A model generated the notes under the pieces. That model searched no databases and was not told the DNA's origin. It saw only the letters and a program-made list of their open reading frames with translations. 64,000 nucleotides of DNA, from contig JAIERF010000023.1 in NCBI GenBank assembly GCA_019747075.1, forward strand, positions 19,017 through 83,016, read 5' to 3'. Made by a program: the position numbers and the translations under genes. How positions within the stretch are numbered: position 1 is the stretch's first letter; every line of letters begins with the position of its first letter. This document shows, piece by piece, positions 24,339 to 34,736 of the stretch. Origin of the DNA: Pseudomonadaceae bacterium (GTDB lineage: Bacteria; Pseudomonadota; Gammaproteobacteria; Pseudomonadales; Pseudomonadaceae).

Positions 24339-25154
24339 TCAGCGCACCACCAGCACATCGCAGGGTGGTTTGGTCAGGTAGTGCTGGGCCAAGCTGCTGA
24401 GCAGGGTTTGGGCCAGCACGCCGCGGTTGTGGCGGCCGATGGCCAGCAGTTGCGGCTGGCGCTTGGCGATCACCTCATCGAGGCTGGCGGACAGGGTGCC
24501 GGCCACCACCAGATGCTCAAGCTGCGGTCCGGGTTGGGGCAGGGTGCAGGCTTCGTCATCGAGCAACTGACCGATCAACTGCTGTTGCATGGCCAGGCGC
24601 TCCTCGGCCTCCTTCTTCGCCAGGCGACCGCTGAGGGTGAAGATGTTCACCGCCTGCAAATGCCCGCTGGCGGGCAGCAATGAATAGGCATGGCGCAGGG
24701 CGTTGCATGAGCACAGCGACGAGTCGAGGGCGACAATGCCTTGCTGGTACGGGCTGTCGTCTTCATTCACCGCTAGCAGCACCGGCACCGGACTTTGCCG
24801 GGCCAGGCGGTCGAGGTTGGTGCCGGTGAACAGCTCCGGGCGACCCTTGTGGTGCGCGCCGAGCACCAGTAGGTCGACATCCCCCTCACCGAGAATCTGG
24901 TGAATCACCTCGTTGGGTTTGCCGGCCTCCAGACGCACTTCGGCATTGCCATGGCAGTAGGTCGCCAGGCGCTCGCCCAGCACCTGTTCGGCGGCCACCC
25001 GCAGGCTGGCCACTGCGCTGCTGGACTGTTGGCCTTCGGCGACATGCAGCAAGGTCAGCTTGGCTTGGTATTGCGTGGCCAGCTGGGCGGCGCGGCGCAA
25101 GGCGACATCTGCTTCATGGCTGAGGTCGTGAGCGATCAGGATATGAGTGAACAA
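24339..25154 (-). CDS. Tandem-domain universal stress protein (PA5027/UspO-like)
   Basis: (M)FTHILIAHDLS...DLLVLGAH...PVPVLL, plus a second USP domain ending LLAIG...PPCDVLVVR. TTG start at 25154 after GGAGG; alternative ATG at 25169. Confidence 0.88.
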   Translation of the reverse strand: MFTHILIAHDLSHEADVALRRAAQLATQYQAKLTLLHVAEGQQSSSAVASLRVAAEQVLGERLATYCHGNAEVRLEAGKPNEVIHQILGEGDVDLLVLGAHHKGRPELFTGTNLDRLARQSPVPVLLAVNEDDSPYQQGIVALDSSLCSCNALRHAYSLLPASGHLQAVNIFTLSGRLAKKEAEERLAMQQQLIGQLLDDEACTLPQPGPQLEHLVVAGTLSASLDEVIAKRQPQLLAIGRHNRGVLAQTLLSSLAQHYLTKPPCDVLVVR

Positions 25155-25171
25155 AGCAAAACCCTCCATTA

Positions 25172-25436
25172 GGTTCTGTTGATGTAAGCGAGCGCGCCGC
25201 GTTGCTGCGTCAAAGCTCGCCAGGCTAGGCGCAGGACGCCGGCAATGGCCATTCCCTTGCCAAGTCCTGCAACAACGCATGGCGAGCTTTGACGCGCAAC
25301 CCGAAGGGACGGTGCTGTTTTGCCGCAGGGCAGCGTTACTCGTCGCTCGTTTGGAATAACCAAACCACGCTCCTCGTGCCTTGCCCTGCGGCAAAACAGC
25401 CTCCGTCGCGGCATGCTCGCTTACGTCAACAGAACC
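25172..25436. mobile_element. MITE-like non-autonomous element, 265 bp
   Basis: 30-bp terminal inverted repeats (25172-25201 and 25407-25436, 27/30 match, starting GGTTCTGTTGA), TA on both flanks, two long internal hairpins, no transposase. Confidence 0.8.
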
Positions 25437-25473
25437 TAGTCCATTGAGTGTGATTGAAGTGGCACGGACCGCT

Positions 25474-25487
25474 TTGATCTATGACAA
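25474..25487 (-). promoter_or_regulatory. Putative Anr/Fnr box of the usp promoter
   Basis: Minus strand TTGTC-ATAG-ATCAA versus consensus TTGAT-N4-ATCAA. A CACACT -10-like hexamer at 25447-25452 places the box centre near -41. Confidence 0.6.
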
Positions 25488-25497
25488 CTCGCCCCTA

Positions 25498-25941
25498 TCA
25501 GTGTTTACGCAACTGATAGATTCCGCGACTCAGCGCCACAACTTCACCACTGCCGTCCGTCAGTTGCAGCTCCAGCACATACTCGGCTTTGCCGTTGGCC
25601 TGCGCCTCGGTTTGCAGGCGCTCAATCTCCTCGGCGCTCAGGCGTGCCTCGACGACGATGTCGTCGGTGGCCGGGCGGCGAAAACGCAGGTTCATTTCCT
25701 TGACGATCGGGTAGAACCTGCTGGCATCGAAACTGGTGAGAAACAGTGCGCCGCCGGGGATTTCCGCCAGGGTAAACAGGGCGCCGGCATACATGCTGCC
25801 GATGTGGTTTTCGTTGCCGGCCAGCGGCACCCGCAGGCGCACGAAGCCCGGTTCCAGCACTTCGGCCTTGAGGTTCATGCGTTTGACGAAGGCGATCTTG
25901 TCTTCGGTGAACTGCCGGGCGATTTCAGCGGGAAAAGCCAT
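25498..25941 (-). CDS. Hotdog-fold thioesterase (PaaI/YiiD C-terminal-like)
   Basis: NENHIGSMYAGALFTLAE motif and KEMNLRFRRPA. Confidence 0.85.
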   Translation of the reverse strand: MAFPAEIARQFTEDKIAFVKRMNLKAEVLEPGFVRLRVPLAGNENHIGSMYAGALFTLAEIPGGALFLTSFDASRFYPIVKEMNLRFRRPATDDIVVEARLSAEEIERLQTEAQANGKAEYVLELQLTDGSGEVVALSRGIYQLRKH

Positions 25942-26030
25942 GACCTGCTCCTTGTTTTATGGCTCTCCAGCCTAGTCGCTAGAGGGGCGTGAGCAATGAC
26001 CTCGGTGCTCGTCGGTACTGACGGAAATGC

Positions 26031-26465
26031 TCAAATGCCCTGCTGACGCAGCCAGGCCAGCAGCTGTGGCAAGGCCATGGCGCCGCTCTGGCGCGCCACT
26101 TCCTGGCCATTCTTGAACAGGATCAGGCTGGGGATTGAGCGGATGCCCAATTGCCCGGCCAGTTGCTGATTGGCCTCACTGTCGAGCTTGGCCAGGCGGC
26201 AACGCCCCTGCAATTGCGCGGCGGCCTGAGTGAATATCGGCGCAAATGCCTGGCATGGGCCGCACCAGCTGGCCCACACATCCACCAGCAGCGGCAGGTC
26301 ACCCTTGATCTGGCTGGCGTAGTTGCTGGCGCTGAGGTCGAACGGCTGACTGAGCAGCAGTGGGTTTTTACAGCGGCCACAGCGGGGCGTATCGCCCAAG
26401 CGTTCGCTGGGGATGCGGTTGAGGCCGTTGCAGTGGGGGCAGGGGAGTGTCAGCGGATTGTGCAT
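26031..26465 (-). CDS. trxC: Thioredoxin 2 (zinc-finger thioredoxin)
   Basis: N-terminal CPHC...CGRC and active site WCGPC. Confidence 0.93.
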   Translation of the reverse strand: MHNPLTLPCPHCNGLNRIPSERLGDTPRCGRCKNPLLLSQPFDLSASNYASQIKGDLPLLVDVWASWCGPCQAFAPIFTQAAAQLQGRCRLAKLDSEANQQLAGQLGIRSIPSLILFKNGQEVARQSGAMALPQLLAWLRQQGI

Positions 26466-26491
26466 GGATGACTCCAGTAAGGATCCGTCTT

Positions 26492-26519
26492 ATCTGGAGT
26501 CATTGTCGCGGATATCAAG
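26492..26519 (-). promoter_or_regulatory. Putative sigma32 (RpoH)-type promoter of trxC
   Basis: CTTGAT-N14-CTCCAGAT versus consensus CTTGAA-N13/14-CCCCATNT. Confidence 0.4.
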
Positions 26520-26531
26520 TCAGGCGTGCAT

Positions 26532-27809
26532 TCAGCCCTTGGCGGCCTGCAGCGACTGTTCGAGGTCGGCGAGGATGTCGTCGATATGCTCGATACCGAT
26601 CGACAGGCGAATCATGTCCTGGCTGACGCCGGCCTTGGCCAGTTCCTCTTCGTTGAGTTGGCGGTGGGTGGTGGAGGCCGGATGGCAGGCCAGGGACTTG
26701 GCATCGCCGATATTCACCAGGCGCACCACCAGTTGCAGGGCGTCGATAAAGCGTGCGCCGGCCTCGATGCCGCCGTGAATGCCGAAGGTGAGGATGCCGG
26801 CCGGCGCACCGCTGGTGAAGCGCTGGGCCAGTTCGTGCTCGGGGTGATCGGCCAGCCCTGCGTATTTCACCCAGGCCACTTGGGCGTGGTTTTGCAGGAA
26901 GGTGGCGACCTTGAGGGCGTTCTCGCAGTGGCGCTCCATGCGCAGTGCCAGGGTTTCCAGGCCTTGCAGGATCAAGAAGGCGTTGAACGGCGACAACGCG
27001 GCGCCCATGTTGCGCAGCGGCACCACCCGGCAACGGCCGATAAAGGCCGCCGGGCCGAAGGCTTCGGTGTAGGTCACGCCGTGGTAGGACGGGTCCGGGG
27101 TGTTGAGCAACGGGAAGCGGGTCTGGTTGGCGGCCCAGGGGAATTTGCCCGAGTCGACGACGATGCCGCCGATGCTGGTGCCGTGGCCGCCCATGTACTT
27201 GGTCAGCGAGTGCACGACGATGTCGGCGCCGTGCTCGAACGGCCGGCAGAGGATCGGCGTGGCCACGGTGTTGTCGACGATCAGCGGCACGCCATGGCGG
27301 TGGGCGGCATCGGCCAGAGCCTGGAGGTCGACAATATTGCCGGCCGGGTTGCCGATCGATTCGCAGAACACTGCCTTGGTGCGGTTGTCGATCAGTGCTT
27401 CCAGGCCGGCGATATCGTCATGGGCCGCGAAGCGCACTTCGATGCCCGAGCGCGGCAGGGTGTGGGCGAACAGGTTGTAGGTGCCGCCGTAGAGCTTGGC
27501 CACCGAGACGATGTTGTCGCCGACTTCGGCAATGGTCTGCACCGCGTAGGTGATGGCCGCCATGCCGCTGGCCACGGCCAGGGCACCGACGCCGCCTTCC
27601 AGCGCCGCGACGCGCTGTTCCAGCACATCGTTGGTGGGGTTCATGATCCGCGAGTAGATGTTGCCCGGCACCTTGAGGTCGAACAGGTCGGCGCCGTGCT
27701 GGGTGTTGTCGAAGGCGAACGAGGTGGTCTGGTAAATCGGCACGGCCACCGCCTTGGTGGTCGGGTCGGGGCTGTAACCGGCGTGGATGGCCAGGGTTTC
27801 CAGTTTCAT
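26532..27809 (-). CDS. metY: O-acetylhomoserine aminocarboxypropyltransferase (homocysteine synthase)
   Basis: [29 protein letters not shown] lysine motif [14 protein letters not shown] and HPASTTH. Confidence 0.92.
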   Translation of the reverse strand: MKLETLAIHAGYSPDPTTKAVAVPIYQTTSFAFDNTQHGADLFDLKVPGNIYSRIMNPTNDVLEQRVAALEGGVGALAVASGMAAITYAVQTIAEVGDNIVSVAKLYGGTYNLFAHTLPRSGIEVRFAAHDDIAGLEALIDNRTKAVFCESIGNPAGNIVDLQALADAAHRHGVPLIVDNTVATPILCRPFEHGADIVVHSLTKYMGGHGTSIGGIVVDSGKFPWAANQTRFPLLNTPDPSYHGVTYTEAFGPAAFIGRCRVVPLRNMGAALSPFNAFLILQGLETLALRMERHCENALKVATFLQNHAQVAWVKYAGLADHPEHELAQRFTSGAPAGILTFGIHGGIEAGARFIDALQLVVRLVNIGDAKSLACHPASTTHRQLNEEELAKAGVSQDMIRLSIGIEHIDDILADLEQSLQAAKG

Positions 27810-27843
27810 GGGGCGTTCCTTCAGGGCGGCAGGGAAAGCCCGC

Positions 27844-27872
27844 AGCATCGGGAAATCTGTCAGCCTGGTCAA
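27844..27872 (-). promoter_or_regulatory. Putative sigma70 promoter of metY
   Basis: TTGACC-N17-GATGCT. Confidence 0.45.
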
Positions 27873-27953
27873 TGCTCCAGAGCAAGGAAGCCGGCGTTTG
27901 CCTAGACCGATTGCGCGTGACGATATGCCATAAGGTTTTGTTCGTTTCGATGC

Positions 27954-29471
<1,518 letters not shown>

Positions 29472-32400
29472 TCAGACGTTGTCGCCGGGTTCGGCGTCCA
29501 GTGGCTCCCGCGCGCTTGCGCGGGTCCCTGGCGCTTGCTGGGTGCTGCCCAGTTGCGCTTCCTGGCCGTGCAGATTTTTGACGTAGACGTCCATCTGGTT
29601 GAAGGCCATTTCCACGTTGTGCTCGCGAAAGCTCATGGCAATGCTGGTCAGCAGCTCGTCGGTGGCCGGCAGGCGATCACCCAGTTCGCGGACGTGGAAG
29701 CGAATCTCGAAATCGAAGGTGCTGGCACCGATGGCCATGAAAAACACCTGGGCCGCCGGCTCACGCAGGACCCGTGGGTTCTCATCCAGGGCGTGCATAA
29801 CCAGCTTGCGCGCCAGCTCCAGGTCGGTTTCATAGGCCAGGCCGAGTTTGATCACCACCCGCGTCACGGTGTCGGTCAGCGACCAGTTGATCAGCTGGTC
29901 GGTGACGAAGGTCTTGTTCGGCACGATGATTTCTTTGCGGTCGAAATCGGTGATGGTGGTGGCGCGGATCTGGATGCGGCTGACGGTGCCGGACAGCGGG
30001 CCGATGGTCACCGTGTCGCCGATGCGCACCGGGCGCTCGAACAGGATGATCAGGCCGGAGATAAAGTTGGCGAAGATCTCCTGCATGCCGAAACCGATAC
30101 CCAGAGACAGTGCGGCGACCAGCCATTGCAGCTTGTCCCAGCTGACGCCGAGGGTCGACAGGGTGGCGACAAAGCCCAGTGCGGCAATCGCATAGGACAG
30201 CAGGGTGGTGGTGGCATAGGCGCTGCCCTGGCCGAGGTTCAGGCGTGACAGCACCAGCACCTCCAGCAGGCCTGGCAGGTTGCGCGCCAGAGCAGTGGAG
30301 ATGACGACGATGACCAGCGCCCCGAGCAGGTCGCTGAGGCTGATCGGCACCATGCTGATGGCATCGCCGGCACCGCTGGCGTATTCGTACAGGGTGACGT
30401 TGTCGAGGTAGGCGAACACGCTGATCAGGTCGGCCCAGACCCAGTACAGGCCACCGAGGAACAGGCCGAACAGGGCCATGTTGATCAGGCGCAAGGACTG
30501 CTCGTTGACCTGGTCGATGTGCAGGGCGGGTTCTTCGCTCAAGTCGCTGCCGTCGACGCCTTCCTTGGTCTGGGTTTGGCGCTTGCTCTGGGCGCGCTGA
30601 TAGGCCAGGCGGCGGGCGGCCACGGCCAGGCCGCGGACGAAGGTGGCTTCGACCATCAGCCAGATCACCAGCAGGTAGAGGGTTTCGATCAGGCGGTCAC
30701 TGAGCTTCAGGGCGGTGTAGAAGTAGCCCAGGCAGACGGCCACGCTTAGGCCCAGGGGCAGGGCGATAAAACCGATGCCGATGGCTTGGCGTAGCGGTGA
30801 AGCGTGTTCGCGAATCGGTTCGCTGAACACCAGCTTGGCCAGCAGCCAGGCCATGGTCAGGAAGCAGAACAAGACGATGCCGATGCCGAGGACGTCCTGG
30901 TCCAGTACGTCCTGTTGATGTTCGGCGACGGTGCTGACCGCCACCAGGGCCATCACCAGCAGCCCGAGTTTGCGCACCTGGGAATGCAGGAAGGCCACTT
31001 GCGGACGGTTCCAGCGGAAATGCAGCTCGGCCACACCGCCGGGGCTGAGGATGCGGTAGGCGGTGTAGAACAGCATCCACACTTCGGCCATCTGTATCAG
31101 TGCGGCGCCGAGGCTGGCGTTCTGGCCGCGGGCGTCGAGTTGCAGGGCAAAACCACAGAGCGCCAGAAACAGGCCAACCGGCAGGGCCAGCAGCAGGTTG
31201 AGCAGCAGGGCCATGGGCGTGTGCAGCTGGCTGTCACGCTTGAAGTGGCCGATGTCCTGATGCAGCTCGTCGAGCTTGTGGTACAGGTAGCTGCGCTTCC
31301 ACAGCAGGGTCAGGATCAGCAGCAACAGCGGCAGGAACAGCAGCGGCTGATTGCTCAGGCCGGCCCACAATTGCTTGACGGCTGAGCCCCAGGGCATGGC
31401 GCTGAGCTGGCGCTCAAATTGTTTGGGCAGCTGCTTCAGCCAGCCGAGGTCGAGCGGTTTGTTGCTGGGAATCCAGAACAGCTGTTCGTCGAGGGTGGTG
31501 CGCAGGGTTTGTGCGGTGCTCTGCAGTTGCTTCTGGTTGAGTTGCAGGGTGATCGACTGGTTGAGCAGTTCGTTAAGCTCGCGGTTCAGCCGCTCCAGCA
31601 GCTCGGCGCGACTGACCATCAGTTCCAGCAGGGCTTTGCGCAGTTCCGGGGTGTCTTGCTCGGTGGTCTGGGTGGTCAGCAGTTGCTCGACATAGGCGGT
31701 GGGGTTGCTGACTTTTTCCCGTTGCTGGCCGAGCTCGAATTGGTACAGGCGGATATCGGCAATTTCGTCCGCGAGGTTCTTCTCCAGGCTGATCTGCGGC
31801 AAGGCCTGCTTCTGCTGGTTGAGGATTCTGGCCAGCAGCAGGCTGCCCTTGAGGACGCTGATCTGCTCTTCCAGTGCCTGGTCGCTCTGGTTGATGTTGT
31901 CCTGCAGCTGTTTGGTCTTGAGGTTTTGTTCGGTCAGCTCATTGAGGCGGGTGGTGGTGCGCAGCAGGTAATCGGACAGCTTCAGGTTGTGGGCACTTTC
32001 CGTGGCCAGCAGGCTGTCGGAGCCGGCTTTTTCCACCTCGATGGCCAGTTCAGCGACGGTTTTTTCCGACTGTTGCCGGCGCTTGTCGTTGATCAGGGCT
32101 TGCAGCTCGCGGGTTTCCAGCTCCATGCGGGCGATGCGCTCGACCAGCAAATCGCGCTGGCTGCTGCCGATGTCCTGCAGCAGGCTGTTGCCGGCCAGTT
32201 CGTTGCGGCGCAATTGCAGCAGGGCATTTAGCGCGGCCTGCTCGGCGAGCAGCAACGCGCGTTGTTCGGCGCTGCTGGGCTTGCTGTTGTCCTTGCCGTT
32301 CTTCAGCAGGTTACCCAGTTCCTGCAGGCGAATCTGGCTGCTGCTGATCTCCGCCTGGGCGCGCTCCGGGCGGGTCTGGGCGGTAATGATCAGGCTGTTG

Positions 32401-32816
32401 GCTTCACTCAGGGCTGCTTGCAGGTCGGCCAGCTCTACCGCGCGCTCGCCGAGCAGCTGCTCAAGCTGGCTGGTCGGTGCCTTGGCATAGCGTTGGGCCG
32501 CGGCAACGGCCGGGCTGGCCTTGAGGCGCAGCAGCTCGCGCTGGGCTTCGCTGATTTGCCGTGGCGCCGCCGCCAGTTGCGCTTTCAGCTGGGTCAGGGC
32601 TTTTTTACTGCTATCGGCCTGCTCAAGAAAACCAAGGGTTTGCTCATAGGCCTTTTGCAGGGCCTTTTGCTCGGCCTCCGGCAGCTTGCGATCGGCCAGG
32701 CCATCGAGGCTGCTCTGCACATCGCTGCGCGACGGCAACTCGGCAGCCAGGGTTGGTTGGGTCAGCAGGCAAAGCCCGAGCAGGGTGGCGGCAAACAAAG
32801 TACGCAAAGAAGGCAT
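29472..32816 (-). CDS. mscK: Mechanosensitive channel MscK (KefA)
   Basis: Signal peptide, long coiled coil, TM region, and MscS core GFGMQEIFANFISGLIILFERPVRIGD. Confidence 0.93.
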   Translation of the reverse strand: MPSLRTLFAATLLGLCLLTQPTLAAELPSRSDVQSSLDGLADRKLPEAEQKALQKAYEQTLGFLEQADSSKKALTQLKAQLAAAPRQISEAQRELLRLKASPAVAAAQRYAKAPTSQLEQLLGERAVELADLQAALSEANSLIITAQTRPERAQAEISSSQIRLQELGNLLKNGKDNSKPSSAEQRALLLAEQAALNALLQLRRNELAGNSLLQDIGSSQRDLLVERIARMELETRELQALINDKRRQQSEKTVAELAIEVEKAGSDSLLATESAHNLKLSDYLLRTTTRLNELTEQNLKTKQLQDNINQSDQALEEQISVLKGSLLLARILNQQKQALPQISLEKNLADEIADIRLYQFELGQQREKVSNPTAYVEQLLTTQTTEQDTPELRKALLELMVSRAELLERLNRELNELLNQSITLQLNQKQLQSTAQTLRTTLDEQLFWIPSNKPLDLGWLKQLPKQFERQLSAMPWGSAVKQLWAGLSNQPLLFLPLLLLILTLLWKRSYLYHKLDELHQDIGHFKRDSQLHTPMALLLNLLLALPVGLFLALCGFALQLDARGQNASLGAALIQMAEVWMLFYTAYRILSPGGVAELHFRWNRPQVAFLHSQVRKLGLLVMALVAVSTVAEHQQDVLDQDVLGIGIVLFCFLTMAWLLAKLVFSEPIREHASPLRQAIGIGFIALPLGLSVAVCLGYFYTALKLSDRLIETLYLLVIWLMVEATFVRGLAVAARRLAYQRAQSKRQTQTKEGVDGSDLSEEPALHIDQVNEQSLRLINMALFGLFLGGLYWVWADLISVFAYLDNVTLYEYASGAGDAISMVPISLSDLLGALVIVVISTALARNLPGLLEVLVLSRLNLGQGSAYATTTLLSYAIAALGFVATLSTLGVSWDKLQWLVAALSLGIGFGMQEIFANFISGLIILFERPVRIGDTVTIGPLSGTVSRIQIRATTITDFDRKEIIVPNKTFVTDQLINWSLTDTVTRVVIKLGLAYETDLELARKLVMHALDENPRVLREPAAQVFFMAIGASTFDFEIRFHVRELGDRLPATDELLTSIAMSFREHNVEMAFNQMDVYVKNLHGQEAQLGSTQQAPGTRASAREPLDAEPGDNV

Positions 32817-32853
32817 GGTCGGTTTTCGTACGGCTGGTGAAAGAATGGGGAGT

Positions 32854-34599
32854 TTAGAGGAATAGGCCGGGCCCGGGGCGCCCGCCTTCGGGGAACTTGA
32901 CCCCGACTTTGCGGATTTTGTTCCCGTCCATCAGGGCCACGGTCCAGGTCAGACCGTTCCATTCCACCTGGTCGCCCACAATCGGCTGGCCGCCGATCTG
33001 GTGGGCGATAAAGCGGCCCAGGTGCAACTGGCCCTCTGCGCCTTGCAGTTTCAGACCGTATAGCGCGGCGATGGCGGCCAGTTGGGCATCACCTTCAAGG
33101 ACGAAATCACCGAAGAAGCGCAGATCAAGGCCGCGGGTTGGTGCCTCGATAAACAGTTTGCCCAGGGTTGGCAGGTCGTGTTCGTGGCCGACCACGCAGA
33201 GCACGTCGCCAGCTTCCAGCTTGGTACTGCCTGAGGTGTGCAGCAATTCGCGGCCGCGAAACAGAGCGGCGATACGGGTGCCCTCGGGCATCTTCAGGTC
33301 GCGTAGCGGTGCGCCAATGCACCACTTTTCGGCCCCAAGGCGATAGACGAACAGCTCCCACTCACTGGTCGGGTGGATTTCCAGACCGGCGCGGGAGATC
33401 GGCGCCGGGTCTGGCGGCACGGTCACGCGCAGCAGCTTGGCCATCCACGGCAGGCTGGTGCCCTGCAGCACCAGCGACACCAGGACAATAAAGAACGCCA
33501 CGTTGAAGAACAGCTGGGCGTTGGCCAGGCCGGCCATCAGCGGGAACACGGCGAGGATGATCGGCACCGCGCCGCGTAGGCCGACCCAGGCAATAAAGGC
33601 CTTCTCGCGGTCATGGAAGGCGGCAAACGGCATCAGGCCGAGGAACACCGACAGCGGCCGGGCGAAGAGGATCATCCACAGCGCTAGGCCCAGGGCCGGC
33701 AAGGCAATCGGCAACAGCTCATGGGGGGTAACCAGCAGGCCGAGGACCAGGAACATGCCGATCTGCGCCAGCCAGGTGAGGCCGTCGAGGATATGCAGGA
33801 TGCCGTGCCGCGAGCGGATTGCCTGGTTGCCCAGCAGCAGGCCACACAGGTAGATGGCCAGGATGCCGCTGCCACCGACTGCGTTGGTGCTGGCGAAGAT
33901 CACCAGGCCGCCGCTGACCACAAGCAACGGGTACAGGCCGTTGGCCAATTGCAGGCGGTTGATGATCTGCAGCAGCAGCCAGCCGCCGCCGAGGCCGAAC
34001 ACCGCGCCGATGGAGAAATCGCTGATCAGGTGCAGGCCCAGCTCCCAGCCGATGCCCTGGCCGGGGCTGGCGAGAATTTCGATCAGGGTGACGGTGAGAA
34101 ACACCGCCATCGGGTCGTTGCTGCCTGACTCGATCTCCAGGGTCGCGGTGACCCGCTGATTGAGGCCGCGGCCACCCAGCAGGCTGAACACCGCGGCGGC
34201 GTCGGTGGAGCCGACGATGGCGCCGATCAGCATGCCTTCCAGCAGGCTCAGGTTGAACAGCCAGGCCGCGGCCAGGCCGGTCAGCCCGGCGGTCACCAGC
34301 ACGCCGAGGGTGGCCAGCGACAGCGAGGGCCACAGCGCCACGCGGAAACTCTCGACCCGCGTGCGCATACCGCCGTCCAGCAGGATGATGGCCAGCGCCA
34401 AGTTGCCGACCAGATAGGCCGTGGAGTAGTCGCTGAAGTTGATGCCGCCGGGGCCGTCGTTGCCGGCCAGCATGCCGACCGCGAGAAACACCACCAGAAT
34501 CGGAATGCCAAAGCGTGAGCCGAAGGCGCTGACCAGAATACTGACGGCCACCAGCAACGCGCCGATCAAGAACAGGCTGTTGATGGCGCTGGCGTCCAC
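32854..34599 (-). CDS. cvrA: K+/H+ antiporter (CPA1 family, NhaP2/CvrA) with TrkA-C and transporter-associated domains
   Basis: [20 protein letters not shown] and [11 protein letters not shown]. Confidence 0.9.
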   Translation of the reverse strand: MDASAINSLFLIGALLVAVSILVSAFGSRFGIPILVVFLAVGMLAGNDGPGGINFSDYSTAYLVGNLALAIILLDGGMRTRVESFRVALWPSLSLATLGVLVTAGLTGLAAAWLFNLSLLEGMLIGAIVGSTDAAAVFSLLGGRGLNQRVTATLEIESGSNDPMAVFLTVTLIEILASPGQGIGWELGLHLISDFSIGAVFGLGGGWLLLQIINRLQLANGLYPLLVVSGGLVIFASTNAVGGSGILAIYLCGLLLGNQAIRSRHGILHILDGLTWLAQIGMFLVLGLLVTPHELLPIALPALGLALWMILFARPLSVFLGLMPFAAFHDREKAFIAWVGLRGAVPIILAVFPLMAGLANAQLFFNVAFFIVLVSLVLQGTSLPWMAKLLRVTVPPDPAPISRAGLEIHPTSEWELFVYRLGAEKWCIGAPLRDLKMPEGTRIAALFRGRELLHTSGSTKLEAGDVLCVVGHEHDLPTLGKLFIEAPTRGLDLRFFGDFVLEGDAQLAAIAALYGLKLQGAEGQLHLGRFIAHQIGGQPIVGDQVEWNGLTWTVALMDGNKIRKVGVKFPEGGRPGPGLFL

Positions 34600-34684
34600 A
34601 GGCGTACTCCGGAATAAAAAGCGGGATTAGTCCTGCCTAGCAGAACCCATGCCGGATTCTAACCCGCAGCTTTAGCCCGCAGGC

Positions 34685-34714
34685 AAAAAAACGCCCCGCA
34701 GCGGTGCGAGGCGT
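34685..34714 (-). terminator. Intrinsic terminator after the acyl-CoA dehydrogenase
   Basis: Stem ACGCCCCGCA/TGCGAGGCGT with an A7 run on the + strand (U-tract on the - strand). Confidence 0.7.
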
Positions 34715-34736
34715 GTTGAACGGGCGGCCGGGGTGT

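Noticed and set aside
25155-25394. N-terminal extension of the usp ORF to 351 aa through the MITE-like element
   Set aside because: USP homology begins at FTHILIAHD and a good SD precedes TTG 25154. The extension is translated repeat sequence with no SD.
27840-27890. SAH-riboswitch-like words upstream of metY (GAGCATTG...CCAGG...CGATGCT on the minus strand)
   Set aside because: The P1 stem is poor and the conserved core is incomplete. The same bases fit a TTGACC-N17-GATGCT promoter, which would not be transcribed. A cmscan run would settle it.
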